DNA of 64,000 bases, taken from positions 10,602,001 through 10,666,000 of the forward strand of contig NC_043012.1 in assembly GCF_006345805.1 (NCBI RefSeq), read 5' to 3'. This stretch comes from Octopus sinensis. Its lineage: Eukaryota. A program made the translations under genes and the position numbers. The notes under the pieces were generated by a model. That model was not told the DNA's origin. It saw only the letters and a program-made list of their open reading frames with translations, and did not search any database. Position 1 is the first letter of the stretch. Each line of letters begins with the position of its first letter. This document shows, in pieces, positions 27,545-41,767 of the stretch.

Positions 27545-29330
27545 CAGCGAGAAAGAGAGAGAGAGAGATTAAAGACTCTAAGTGGTAGAGGATGTTTAGT
27601 AATGACAAAGACTCGGCGTGAAAGTGGTATTAGTGGTTATGGTGGTGGTGGTGGTGGTGGTGGTGGTGGTGGTGGCGGTGAGGGTGGTGGTGATGGTCTT
27701 TGGTATTGGTGGTGGTGTTGGTGTTGGTGTTGGTGGTGTTGGCGGTGTTGGTGGTGGTCGTGATGGTTGTGAGGGATGTTATGGAGGAAAAACTGTCTGG
27801 CGTTGTTTCTGTGGTGACGCTTTTAAATGGCGACTGCGATGGGAGGCTGATGCAATAACAATGGTCGTCGTTGTCGATTTTGTTAATGATATTGATGAGG
27901 AATCTTTTATGCCGTAGCTGTTGTTAATGATGTTTAATCCCAACTTACCTCTGTACAAAGCAATCCAACGATCGAATACCTAGCCATCCGTGACCATCTG
28001 ATTTAAGGAAACCTATGACGCTGTCTAACGACTGGACGTGAATTATAGCTGCCATTTCTAGAACATCTGTCTACCACAAAGAGGCTCCTTCACTGTTTGT
28101 TAGGGCGGTGGAAGTGACGCTGGTGATGTTGGTGTTTGGTATGGTGGTAGTGATGGCGGTAGTGGTCCGAATGGTGGTGGTGGCGTCGGCGATGATGATG
28201 CTGGTGTCTGATAAGGTACTAGTGATGGTTGTGTTGGCGTGGTGATGATTGCAATATGTGTAATGAAGTTAAAATGTGTAACGTTGTGTAATTATTATTG
28301 GTGACAGTGGCATTAGTAGTTTTAGTACTGCTGGCAGAATTTGTGTTAATGATATTAGTTGGTGGACAAATGGAAGATATGAAAGCATTTGTGTCTGTAT
28401 GACCATGCGTGTTTTAATGGAATAAAAGATATCGGTTGAAACATCTCCATTAGAAGTAGTATTAATGTTAGTCGCTATTGTATCGTAGTGTTCGATGTAG
28501 TATGGTTGTACTACACGTATTGTTGATTATGTTTCTGCTTTGAGCTCCTGGATGTAGGTACATGAGGTACGATCCATTGATCCACCCGTCCCGCTTAGCT
28601 TAGGACTGTGAGATGTCACCTTAAGGCATAAACATTGTTAAGGGCTGTAAATCACTCCTAAGCGTGCAGTGTTGAATCGTATGAACTGATGAATCCTGTT
28701 ACTGGTGGACCTTGTGTTGGTGGCTTTAAACAAGGTGTTGTCGTTTTTTAACCCCAAGAAAACTCACATCAAACGCACACCATTCCGAAAGGTTTTCCAA
28801 CTCTAACTTTTATGTAAACCTTCAGATATCAAAACATCCAGAACTATGATATTGAAAGCATTCTTCATTGTCTGTTATGGTATCGTGTAATTTAGCTGTC
28901 ATTTTTAGCTGGAAGGACGACTATGTAGAGGCCGAGAGAAAATAGTTCTATTGCGGACTACAAGTTTGTTAGAATGTCTGAGTGCTCATGTCTGTTGTGA
29001 AAAATAATTTTTAATTTTAAAAGGTCATGAATACTTAAATTACATTAAATAACTAGTTTAGCATTAAGGTTTAAACTGTTTATTATAATTTTTCCATTTG
29101 GGGTTTAATATTTGGCCAAGAATTGGTTGAAAATCTGAATGAGGGTGATATTTTTCCCGTTTCCGTTGAGAGGCTCCCTAATTGACTTGCAGTATTGCAG
29201 TTGTTTAGCCTCAGATCATCCGTGACCGAACAATCTATGATCAGTGATATTCCGCCAGTGACTGCACATTGTCTTATTTTCAGACAGGACCATTAGAATT
29301 ATTTCATCTAATATGTTCTCTTTCTTAAAA

Positions 29331-29706
29331 GTGGAGGCGCAATGGCCCAATGGTTAGGGCAGCAGACTCGCGGTCATAGGATCACGGTTTCGATTCCCAG
29401 ACCGGGCGTTGTGAGTGTTTATTGAGCGAAAACACCTAAAAGCTCCACGAGGCTCCGGCAGGGGGTGGTGATCACTGCTGTACTCTTTCACCACTCTTTC
29501 TCTCACTCTTACTTCCTGTTTCTGTTGTACCTGTATTTCAAGGGGCCGGCCTTTCACTCTCTGTGTCACGCTGAAATCCCCGAGAACTACTTATGGGTAA
29601 CACTGTCTATGGAGTGCTCAGCCACTTACACGTTAATTTCACGAGCAGGCTGTTCCGTTGATTCGGATCAACCGGAACCCTCGTCGTCGTAACCGACGGA
29701 GTGCTT
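29331..29706 (+). mobile_element. SINE-C (tRNA head) with tail type 1
   Basis: A-box TGGCCCAATGG, B-box GGTTTCGATTCCC; head shared with 35029 and 48220 copies. Confidence 0.85.
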
Positions 29707-30326
29707 CCTCTCCTCTCTTTCTTAAGAGGTTATGGTATTATTTGTGAACGATTTTAGTTGCTAATTCCAATAGACCGAACTATTTGTCTTATAATGTTGC
29801 TATTGATATTGTTGATGCTTTTGTTTAGCTCCACCTAAACCCTGATCGAAAGTATTTTTTACGGGTATCCAGTCAACATGTATTTAAAACTGATAAATTT
29901 ATCTTTAATCGAAGGCATGGTGTATCTTCGAATATGTAATCTAACGGGTTCTATGTTCTTTTTTTTTACCTTTGTTAATCAAGGGTTTGAAAGATATTTC
30001 TGTCACTTTTAGCAAATCGAGACACTATATACAGACTTCCTCATTTGCTTGTTTAGCCATTGGTCAGCCTTCAGTTAAGCTTCTCATGGTTATAGACGCT
30101 GTTGTAAAACCTATAAACCCTTTCCGCCTTGTTGGTCATTACAACGTATTCACAAGGATTCACGGTAGTAAGAATTCATTTAATCAAATACAAGCAATTC
30201 ATCGGTAATTATTTTACTTCACACTATTGGTTTTCAACCGGGGTCAATATGGCCCTTAGGGGTCCATAATAGATGTTGTTAAAATTTAGGTGCAATAAAT
30301 TGCTTACATTTCTATAATACACAAAA

Positions 30327-30750
30327 TCATGTCGATTGTGCGACTCCCGCGCCAAATCTTATTCAGTGAACTCACTTCAGGGAAAAGACCACGAGGTTAC
30401 CCTCTTCGAATAGACAAGGACTAACTCAAAACTGAAATTGAGCCTAAATTGTTTGAAATATAAGCCAGGAACCGTATCAAGTTGCGATGTTCCAGCACCA
30501 TCGGAACCAAAATCTTCTAAACCACCTGAAGAGAAAGGAAGAAAGGAAAAAAACAAACGGAGAGAACGGCTCGAGAAAATCAACCTTGTTCCTTAGAAAC
30601 ATTGCCATGCAGTCAATGTAATCGACTCTTCTATGCAAGAATTGATCCACAAAGTTATCAATGACATCACCATAAAGGAAGCGTACAGCAAAGAAGAAAC
30701 TATATTCTTGAATACGCGATAAAGCAGAAGGCCAACAGCAAAAGATACTC
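30327..30750 (+). mobile_element. RTE-clade LINE 3' fragment, degenerate, different subfamily
   Basis: Read-through translation RLPRQILFSELTSGKRPRG...TLPCSQCNRLFYARIDPQSYQ*HH with stops; not in the ORF track. Confidence 0.78.
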
Positions 30751-30994
30751 ATAATATTTAATTATAAAAATGGAGTAGAATTCCTTTTATATACTTCGAG
30801 TGGTTATGGAAGTTCAGTCGAGTAAAATAAGATTCAAAAGGGGTCTATAGGCTAAAAATGGTTGAAAACCCCTTCTCTACACCAAAGGATGAAAAGTTTA
30901 GTCACCCACCGGAGAAACTTAGACTATAAAGCTACAGACCTTCTGTAGAAAAGTTTAAAGTTGTCCTTGTGTTTTTAATAGTTTGTAATATTGG

Positions 30995-31181
30995 TTTCAA
31001 ATTTTGACACAATGCCAGCATGTTTGGAGAGGGGCTATGTCGATTAACTCCACCTCAATACTTGACTGGTACCTAATTTATCGATCCCGAAAGAATGAAA
31101 GGCAAAATCAACCTCGGTGGAATTTGAGCTCAGAACCTGAAGTGCCACTAGGCTTGCTAACCATTCTGCCAGCTCACCGCC
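30995..31181 (-). mobile_element. SINE-B-related variant
   Basis: 20-bp TSD TTAATAGTTTGTAATATTGG at 30975-94 and 31182-201. Confidence 0.85.
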
Positions 31182-31763
31182 TTAATAGTTTGTAATATTG
31201 GCGAAAGCCGATATCATTCGAAAACGTGGTTCTAGAAACCAAATCGTCAATAACTCGAGTAATGATACCTAGTCGATCATTGCAGGAAAAGTGAAAGAAG
31301 AAACCGAGCTTCGGCAGGGTTTGATCTCAAAATCAAAATACACATAACTAAAAAATAGCACAGGACCCGATGCTCGCTGCTTTGCCGATTGTGCCAAAGG
31401 GCATTCGATTTGATTGATGTTTTGTCAAGGAAGATAAGCGAATGAGTTCAAAGGACAGCAATGCCATAAATTAAACTTTAAATGTAATTGAAGACCAAAT
31501 GAACAAAATAAAGATATATCTATAAATAAAAGAAAGGAAAGCAAGAAGTAGATAAATAATGGAGAGTGTAATAAAAAAAAGAGTAAAAATACAATAAAAA
31601 AAGTGTTGTCGGATGGAAGAGAGGAACTGGCGTAAGTGATTAAACAATGGATGTAATGTAGAAAAAAATGTGAGAAGAAAGAATGTCAGGAAGAAAAAAA
31701 TATCGCAAAAAGGAAATTAGCAAATTAACATTACGAGAAAATTTGTGATGGTATCAATCGAAC

Positions 31764-31814
<51 letters not shown>

Positions 31815-31863
31815 TATGATGATGATGATGATGAGGATGATGATGAGGATGATGATGATGATG

Positions 31864-31928
<65 letters not shown>

Positions 31929-32399
31929 AATAACGATGATGGTGATTTCTTTCATATAATAGTAATAGTTAATAAGATTCTGCAACTAGGTCTCAGTCCA
32001 AAAAATCACAATTGACCCTTCCTCCCACCACGAGAACTTATTCTACTTTACCAATTCTTTTAAGATTCATGTTCGATGAAATGTTTAAATGTGTGAGATG
32101 ATTTGTCGTTAATACGATTAGATTTTTTTTTACGAAGTCGTCATCATATATATTTTTAGAGTGCATATATTTTCGTGTTTTTAGTCAAGAAGGGAAGGCA
32201 GCAGTGTCTATAGTCTTTTACACTGCTGCCAAGAAATTGAGGAAAGTATGCTCAAATCGGAGACCTAGCCTGAATGTTGCAACGGAGTGGACTTTGCTAA
32301 AGGTCCCAATGGTATCAGGTGATGAGGTTGAACTAGGCAATGGATTAAGTGCATCCCACATGCAGGTCATGCTTCGATTTGAAATCTAAACCTAAAGAA

Positions 32400-33506
32400 C
32401 AATAACCAATACCAAAACGCATCTAATTTCTTCGATCTGTCTTTCGTTCGAATTGTCATGGGGGTCAAAGGAAATGTTTATTGAAATCTATTGAAACTCT
32501 TCTTGCTGATCTTTTTCGTTGCAGGCAAATAAAAGATTCCAAGTAGAAGCAACGGAGTGGCTTTGAAATCTTAATGAAGTTTGATGCCGGCTGGCCAACA
32601 TCTGGGAGGGCTTGATTTGTACTGAAGGATGATGCTTAAAGAAGAAATAAGCATTCAGCAAAACCACTCAGTGAGAAATCATCAACGGTGTACACTGACA
32701 CGTCTCCAGCGAGTGGACGGATTTATTCGCACGAGTCACAGTTGGTGAGCCTGCTACATAACTGTACTTTGGGTATCGAGAAAGAGCATGCAAGGTGGGT
32801 ACCAGCGCAGTTGATGCTTACTTTGAAAGAGAGAAGTCCTCGCAAATCTGGAAGCATTTCAAGCCAAAAATATGTTGTTTTTTTTTTCAGATCTGATGAC
32901 GAAGGCTGTAAGGTGACCGTGTTTTTATGACAATTGATATGAAGGCCCAGTCAATGGAATGGCGTCACATCACTTTGCCAAAACCTAAAAAATTCAAGAA
33001 CCAGTGATCGGCAAAGAATGTGATGGTGATTGGCATTTAACAGGACAGGGGTATCATTCCCTTTGATTTTTCTGGAATGTGACTGTACAGCCAAAAGCGT
33101 GTGGGACATTGAAACACTAAAAAGTCATTTGGAGGAAGACACCAAAGAAGCATCTGAACACGACTCACATTCACCATGACAATGAACGACAACACACTCC
33201 CCTTTGGCAACAAATCCGACAATTGACACATTGTACTGGTCAGAGTTGCCTATCCACTGCCCAGTCTAGAACATGCGTGCTCATATTTGCACTTCTTCTG
33301 TTCAATGAATGACACTTTTAAGTGACGATTTGGCGGCAGAGACGAGTTGAATGTAAATGTAAAGTGGGCACAACAGAGCACACCCGAAATATTTTCAACG
33401 AGGAATGGAGAGCAGGGGTAAACAATGGTGCAAATGTTTTGAGTAGTACCTATGTTGACATGAAGGTTTACTCTAACAACATATTCGGCTTGAATGACCC
33501 ACATCA
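32400..33506 (+). pseudogene. Degenerate mariner transposase relic
   Basis: ARWVP (32790-32804), QSMEWRH..PKPKKFK (32948-), HHDN (33172-), HFFCSMNDT..RFGG..DEL, RGME..KQWCKC; TIR-like TTGAATGACCCAC at 33490-33502; many stops and frameshifts; left boundary uncertain. Confidence 0.82.
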
Positions 33507-33609
33507 GAGGATAGATTATGCCCACTGTTACACAACCTTTGGGTCAACCCTCGTGTGCGTTTGTGTATGTATACAAAGTAATTTAATTTGCTTGAAACGT
33601 TGCAGTATT

Positions 33610-34030
33610 GTTACTCTTTTACTTGTTTCAGTCATTTGACTGCGGCCATGCTGGAGCACCGCCTTTAGTCGAGCAAATCTACCCCAGGACTTATTTTTTG
33701 TATGCCTAGTACTTATTCTATCGGTCTCTTCTGCTGAACCGCTATTTCACGGGGACGTAAACACACCAGCATCGGTTATCAAGCGACGTTGGTGGGTGGG
33801 GGACAAACACAGACACACAAACATATATACACACATACATATATATATATATAAATACATATATACGACGAGCTTCTTTCAGTTTCCGTTTACCAAATCC
33901 ACTCACAAGGCTTTGGTCGGCCCGAGGCTATAGTAGAAGACACTTGCCCAAGGTGCCACGCAGTGGGACTGAACCCGGAACCATATGGTTGGTAAGCAAG
34001 CCACTTGACACACAGCCACTCCTGCGCCTA
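33610..34030 (-). mobile_element. SINE-A, full length
   Basis: Reverse-complement alignment. Confidence 0.9.
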
Positions 34031-34883
34031 TAGAAAAAGTCCTTGTGCATCGGCCGGGATGTGTACATAAAATAAATGTTTCGCAAAGCCTTTGAACAAT
34101 AGAGATGTGAAGAGTTACAGAAAATATGTAAGGTGATGTCAATAAATGAAGACATTGACTAAAAAATATTTCTAAGCTACTCGTCAGAATTTCTTAAAGG
34201 TTTTTTAAAACATTTAGTTTAAATATTGATGTTTGAATTTATGTGCCTGTAATTTTATGCAAGTGGTCAAGATTATAAAAATTCAGTATTATACATGGTT
34301 TTCACAAATATAACGCAAAAGAATCCGGAAATTATCCAGTTAAGGGATTCAAACCATATATTAGTCATTTCTCGACGAATGTAGAGACTGTACGTCATTA
34401 ATTCATTTTTAAAAATATACTAAATTTTACTGTTTAAATATACACAACCTATCAGGTACAATAGATAATACGACTGTACAGCAATCGCTTGAAACTTAAT
34501 TCGATTCTTAACACAGATGTCTTCGCTTTTCTTTCAGTTAGGCCCAAATCTTAAACGCTATATTTATATCTTTTACTTGTGTCAAACATTGGACTGCAGG
34601 CATGCTGGATCACCACTTTCAAAAACTTCTAAGTGATGTATCGGGATACGGAATACGGCCATGATGAGGCACCACCATTAGTGCTATTGCTAGCATATAT
34701 CAAAACTCACTTCACACCACCTTTTCTGTTTGGGATGAACCAATGAGTAGAACAAAACTGCTCTTTTTTGGCATTGCATTTCTTGGGGTTCGTCTGGTGT
34801 CTCTCTTAAAAAATGTGTCTAAATGTTCATGAACACATTCGCACGCATGCAGCGTAGATATCTCAAGCTTTTAGCCCTCTCCC

Positions 34884-35028
<145 letters not shown>

Positions 35029-35323
35029 GAGGCGCAATGGCCCAGTGGTTAGGACAGCGGACTCGCGGTCGGAGGATCGCGGTTTCGTTTCCCAGACCGG
35101 GCGTTGTGTGTGTTTATTGAGCGAAAACACCTAAAGCTCCACGAGGCTCTGGCAGGGGAGGGGGCGATCCCTGCTGCCGCAACTTTCTCTCACTCTTTCT
35201 TCTGTTGGCCTGCTCGCTTAGCTAGCGGGGTAGCGTCATTTGAAGGCTAAGTCAATGCGAAGCGCATTGTGACCAGCGATGTGTAGCAACATCTGATAGC
35301 CTGGTCGGTAACGTGATCACGTG
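35029..35323 (+). mobile_element. SINE-C with tail type 2
   Basis: Same head to 35206, unrelated 3' half ending GTGATCACGTG; sits after an (AG)n tract. Confidence 0.8.
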
Positions 35324-35345
35324 CTCTATATACATATATATTTAT

Positions 35346-35378
<33 letters not shown>

Positions 35379-35831
35379 TTATATATATATATAGAAAGTA
35401 AGGAAAAACCTTCGACCTGAAAATTTCAAGTATTAGCCAACTTCTCTATCTAACGTTCCATCTATCAATACAAAGGTGAAGCAATATTTCTATACGTATG
35501 CAAGTACATACTATAATGCAGGCACACACACTAACACACCAAGAAAGCAACGGAAAAGGCAATGAGCAGCGTAAAAGTTGCGAACAATTTTATTTAGACA
35601 TATCTACCATACACACAAGCAGGCATACACACACACAATTCGCAATCACTCGCAAACAGAAAAACAAAGAGTTAACGCAAATGCATGTAACAAAATGCCA
35701 AAAAAAGATAAAAATTCACATTTCAGGCACTAAAAAAACAAGCACTTACATGTGATGTTACATTTGTATGACTTCGTTATATCAATGTGTGTACATCCAC
35801 AAGGAAGTACACACACATGCAAACACTCATG

Positions 35832-35863
<32 letters not shown>

Positions 35864-35903
35864 TGTATGTATGTATGTATGTATGTATGTATGTATGTAT
35901 GAA

Positions 35904-35943
<40 letters not shown>

Positions 35944-36229
35944 TGTGTGCATGTGAGTGTGTGTGCAAATGCGTTTGTGCATGTGTATATTTTTATTTCT
36001 TTGTGGAAGTACACTATACATGCACACACTCACGCGCTTACACACCCTGAATATTTAGGATGTTATTAATAATTATATATATATATATATATAGTATAAT
36101 TATATGTATACATGTAAGTATGTATATGTATATATATATATTTATATATATATTCATGTGACGTTTTATGCTTTTACACATGCGTACATACATACATATT
36201 CACTCCAACTAATAATATTATCTATGCAC

Positions 36230-36264
<35 letters not shown>

Positions 36265-37347
36265 CGTGTTTCAGAAAAAAAGTTTTTCATTGGCTCACAC
36301 ACACACACACTCGTACATAAATATATATATTCAAATGTATAAAATAATACCTATGACTTATGTATTATACATACCCTTATAAGCAACAACAACAAAAAAA
36401 ACCCTACGAGCATACTCAAACAGTATACATAAACAAACGCACATACATACAAACAAACATACAAAAACGTATACATTTACACGTACGTAAGGCAACATTG
36501 CGTCGAGTATGATGGCGGCCATGATGGCGACTGCGCCAATGGCGATGATGGTGGCTGCTATGGCGGGCATCGGCTGCGTTGGCGGCGGCTGTGCTGAGAT
36601 AGAGTCGGCGGCTTGGCTTCTATCCATTAAGTTGATTGCAAGCAGAAAATCCGTCGCACAAAAGAATTCTCTAAAATGGAATTACCAGGGAAGCCTGTAT
36701 GTGGGTCACTACTATTTATTTTGATTAATGCCTTCCGAAATAATTGCTTCGACGTTTGAAACTGTTTCCTTGCTCCAGAGATGAACAGTTCCTGCAGAAA
36801 AGCAGAAAGCACCGAAATTCATCCTGCTTTAACGCACTTTCTCTCCCCTCTACTCTCACGTTCTCCCCTTCGTGTACGTGTGCGTGTGTGTGTGTATTTG
36901 TGTATATTTCATAAATGTATACACACACATTGTATTTTATGTATAATTTATATATTAGATATCATATGTATGTAACACATATATATAATATTTATACAGG
37001 TATACATTTATACATATATATATACATAAATATAGATATAGATATAGATATATTACAGTTATTACATGTATGTATATTATAGAAACTATGCCTTTTATGT
37101 GTGCGCTTTTGAGTGTATGTATACGTATGCATATATGAAATTATACCCTAGAAATACCAAACGAAATCTTAAAGGACAAACACACACACACACACACACA
37201 CACATACACACGTACAAACACTGCATTATATTCACCAAAGAAATTTGCAAATAAGCACGATGTTTTATCCACACACACACAAAAAAAACATATATATTCA
37301 GAATTGTTAAACTCGACACCGCTTAACAAAACCATTGGACACCGAAA

Positions 37348-37411
<64 letters not shown>

Positions 37412-37456
37412 TCTACTTTCACGTATATATACAGATCATCTATCTATCTCCCTGGA

Positions 37457-37685
<229 letters not shown>

Positions 37686-38486
37686 CGTTTTATGTATGTG
37701 TATCAGTATATCGTTGTTCATTTATGAGTTTTCAAATATAAATAAATATTGAATCCTGTTTATCACACATGCCAATACACATTGACAGTGTTTCAATTCG
37801 ATATTGTCGGAAGACACGCCTGTCTAATATTTCACACCGAAACATCAAACGGCATTCACACATCAAGAGATACGTTAACAAACATACGTATTGTTATACG
37901 GCATCTATAAAACACAAACCACATAAATGTATGTATGTATGTATGTATGTATGTGTGTATTATTATATCTATATTTATATATATATATACACATATATAT
38001 ATACATATATAAATATATATACATATAATATATATATTAAGATATTATAATATATAATATATCGATATATATATATATATATATAATATATATATACATA
38101 ATATATATATACATATATATTATAATATATATTCTGTGTGTGTGAAAGGACGAGGGAGATAAACTGATATACACGTCTCTATATTTGTAATTTCTCGTAA
38201 TAATAAGAGGCAATATGTTTAATATACGTACACTGTAATAGATAAAAGTAAGAGGGCATAAGTGTGTGCATATATAGACAGATATATATATATATACCTA
38301 GATTATATGTATATAGATCTTGGAATGTATATATTCAAGAATGCTTTCATTCAAATTTCGGTCGCAAACTATGCACATACATTTGCGTTCGAATATGTAA
38401 GTTCATGCATAGAACCTCGCAGATTCACATTTGTACGTATTTACGCGTATATGACATAATGCTATATGCATACACACACACACATG

Positions 38487-38529
<43 letters not shown>

Positions 38530-38983
38530 TATGCACACATACACACATACACACATACACACACACACGCACTTTTATGGAAACATACATCACACCTGAA
38601 AGTTCCCATGATGCGATATCATCAAACGTAATTCTTGTAAATATGCACACGGGTAGCGGCTGAGAAGTGTTACGAGGCTCTAATTGCAATGAAGTGTGTA
38701 CAAATAATTCTGTCTAAAAGCTCTCCACCTACCAATGCAGTTTGGTGCCTTTTATGTGTTTTCCCTTCTGCAGTCGAAGTAAGAGCTGTATTTTGTTACG
38801 TTGCTGTACTTTAAGTTTATTACTTGGCATTAAACCACTCACACACACATGTGATGCATAAACCTTTTTGTGTGTGTATGTTTGCATGTTTGTGTGTGTG
38901 TGTGTGTGTGTACAGGAATGCATATCGAACGCGTTGTATACATTTTTGCTGCACACACCCATCCGCCGAATAGATATACATCC

Positions 38984-39226
38984 ACAAGGCGGCAGAAACA
39001 AGCTGGCAGAAACGTTAGCACGCCGGGCGAAATGCGTTGCCGTATTTCGTCTGCCGTTTACGTTCTAAGTTCAAATTCCGCCGAGGTCGACTTTGCCTTT
39101 CATCCATTCGGGGGTTGATAAATTAAGTACCAGTTACGCACTGGGGTCGATGTAATCGACTTAATCTGTTTGTCTGTCCTTGTTTGTCACCTCTGTGTTT
39201 AGCCCCTTGTGGGTAGTAAAGAAATA
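38984..39226 (+). mobile_element. SINE-B, full length
   Basis: Complete unit. Confidence 0.9.
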
Positions 39227-39291
39227 GATATGCATCCACAAATACGTGATCAAGCACACTTGCATATATATATATATGCGTGTGTGCGTGT

Positions 39292-39363
<72 letters not shown>

Positions 39364-40279
39364 TTGTGTGTGTAGAAAAGTTGATAGATTTAGACTGAAA
39401 GAAAGCGAGAACGAGAAGAGAGGTCAGTATGCAGATTTGACTGCAATTTGGCGGTGTTTCTAATCACTGTATATATATGCTCTTTCCTTATGCCGTTCAG
39501 TAACACTCGTCAGGTATATTAAAGTAGAACTACAAGTTATTCCACATATGACCATCTTCTCTGATTTTGAGGAATAGCTTATCTAAATCTTTATATTCTT
39601 AATAAGTTTGAATAAGCAAAATGTTATATTACTGGCTTAAGTATAAGTAACATAGTCCAGTGTTGTTGAGTTTCTATTGAAACCTGTACCTGGTCAGAAT
39701 TGAACTCACACACACGCACATATACGACATATATGCTTTCAGTTTCCGTCTATCAATCCCACTCAAAAGGGTCTGGTCGTCTCGTAGCTATAGCAAAAGA
39801 CTTTTGTTCAATGTGCTACACAGTGGAACCGACCCGAGAACCATGTGGTTGGGAAGCAAGCTTCTTACCACACTGCCACTCTTGCGCATATATATCTGGG
39901 TGTGTGTGTATATATATACATATATATATATATACATATATATATATACATACATATATATACATATATATAGATGTATATATATACATACATGCATAGA
40001 TATATATATATATATATAAATATATATATATGTATACATATATACATATATACATATATATATTCAATATATGTATATATATATATATTCAATATATATA
40101 GATATACATATATATATATATATATAATATATATAGAGAGAGAGAGAGAGGAGAGAGAGAGAGATGCATACACACATATGTATATGCATATACATGTTTA
40201 TATATACATATATTGACACACCTACAAGTACACAGGTGAGTGGACACATGAAAGAGACACTCAACACATTTAGTAAGAG

Positions 40280-40352
<73 letters not shown>

Positions 40353-40831
40353 GTGTGTGTGTGTGTGTGTGTGTCGCTCCACCGTTTGACAATCGGTGTT
40401 CTTTTTTTTTCATTTACGTTCTCGTAACTTGGCGGTTTGGCAAAGGAAATCAATAAAGTACACGACTCTACTGGGAGTGATTTATCTGAATAAACCCTTC
40501 AAAGAGATGCCCCCAACATAATCGCAATGAGTGATACGAATAAACACGAAAAATATATGTATAATGCATCAAATCCTTCAAGGATATTGAATTAGACGGA
40601 GATGCTACAAAACAATACATACACACAGAAATTTATGCATCCCGTGTATTTAATTATGAATAATTAAAATGCTTACAATTGTTCAAATGTTTCAATACGT
40701 CTCTGTCTGTCAAACGTATCATTTTTTTCTTAAGAATACTGATGCATACAAACGCGTGTAAAGTTCCATGACATCTAATTATTTATACATAAGCGTACAT
40801 AAGTTATACGTGTATGTGTATGTAAGTGTGT

Positions 40832-40873
<42 letters not shown>

Positions 40874-41038
40874 ACATATACATACAGGCGTAGGTGTGTG
40901 GTAAGAAGTTTGCTTCTCTACAGTACGGTTCCGGTTTCAGTCCCACTGCGCGGAAGTTTGAGCAAATGATTCTAATACAACACCGCTTCACCAACGCTTT
41001 GCACATGAATTTGTTAGACAGAAACGGAAAGAAGCAAT

Positions 41039-41688
41039 CTGGCAGAAACGTTAGCACGCCGGGCGAAATGCTTAGCAGTATTTCGTCTGCGTTACGTTGT
41101 GAGTTCAAATTACGCGAAGGTCGACTTTGCCTTTCATCGTTTCGAGGTCGATAAATTAAGTACCAGTTACGCACTGGGGTCGATATAATCGACTTAATCC
41201 GTTTGTCTGTCCTTGTTTGCCCTCTCTGTGTTTAGCCCCTTGTGGGTAGTAAAGAAATGGGTATTTCGTCTGAAAGGCGGTGAGCTGGCAGAAACGTTAG
41301 CACGCTGGGCGAAATGCGTTGCCGTATTTCGTCTGCCGTTACGTTCTGAGTTCAAATTCCGCCGGGGTCAACTTTGTCTTTCATCCTTTCGGGGTCGATT
41401 AAATAAGTACCAGTGACGCACTGGAGTCGATATAATCGACTTAATCCGTTTGTGTGTCTTTGTTTGTTCTCTCTTTGTTTAGCCCCTTGTGGGTAGTAAA
41501 GAAATAGATATTTCGTCTGCCACTACGTTCTGAGTTCAAATTCCGTCGAGGTCCACTTTGCCTTTCATCGTTTCGAGGTCGATTAAATAAGTACCAGTTA
41601 CGCACTGGGGTCGATATAATCGACTTAATCCGTTTGTCTGTCCTTGTTTGTCCCCTCTGTGTGTAACCTCTCGTGGGCAGTAAAGAAA
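41039..41688 (+). mobile_element. SINE-B tandem trimer
   Basis: Units at 41039-41258, 41274-41506 and 41507-41688. Confidence 0.9.
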
Positions 41689-41736
41689 CAAGAAACTGAA
41701 AGAAGCATGACGTCTCCCTCTCTCTCCCTCTCTCTG

Positions 41737-41767
<31 letters not shown>

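Noticed and set aside
27949-28070. Open minus-strand frame (TDVLEMAAIIHVQ...) ending at a perfect AG|GTAAGT
   Set aside because: The sequence resembles the degenerate SINE family F relics; the peptide is unrecognisable; exonisation cannot be excluded but is unsupported
36745-36800. Minus-strand hammerhead-like string (CTGGAGCAA..GGAAAC..GTTTC AAAC GTC)
   Set aside because: Core altered at several invariant positions and no stem I pairing
38755-38785. Strong plus-strand acceptor followed 5 nt later by GTAAGA (microexon?)
   Set aside because: 5 nt is frame-shifting and there is no host gene context
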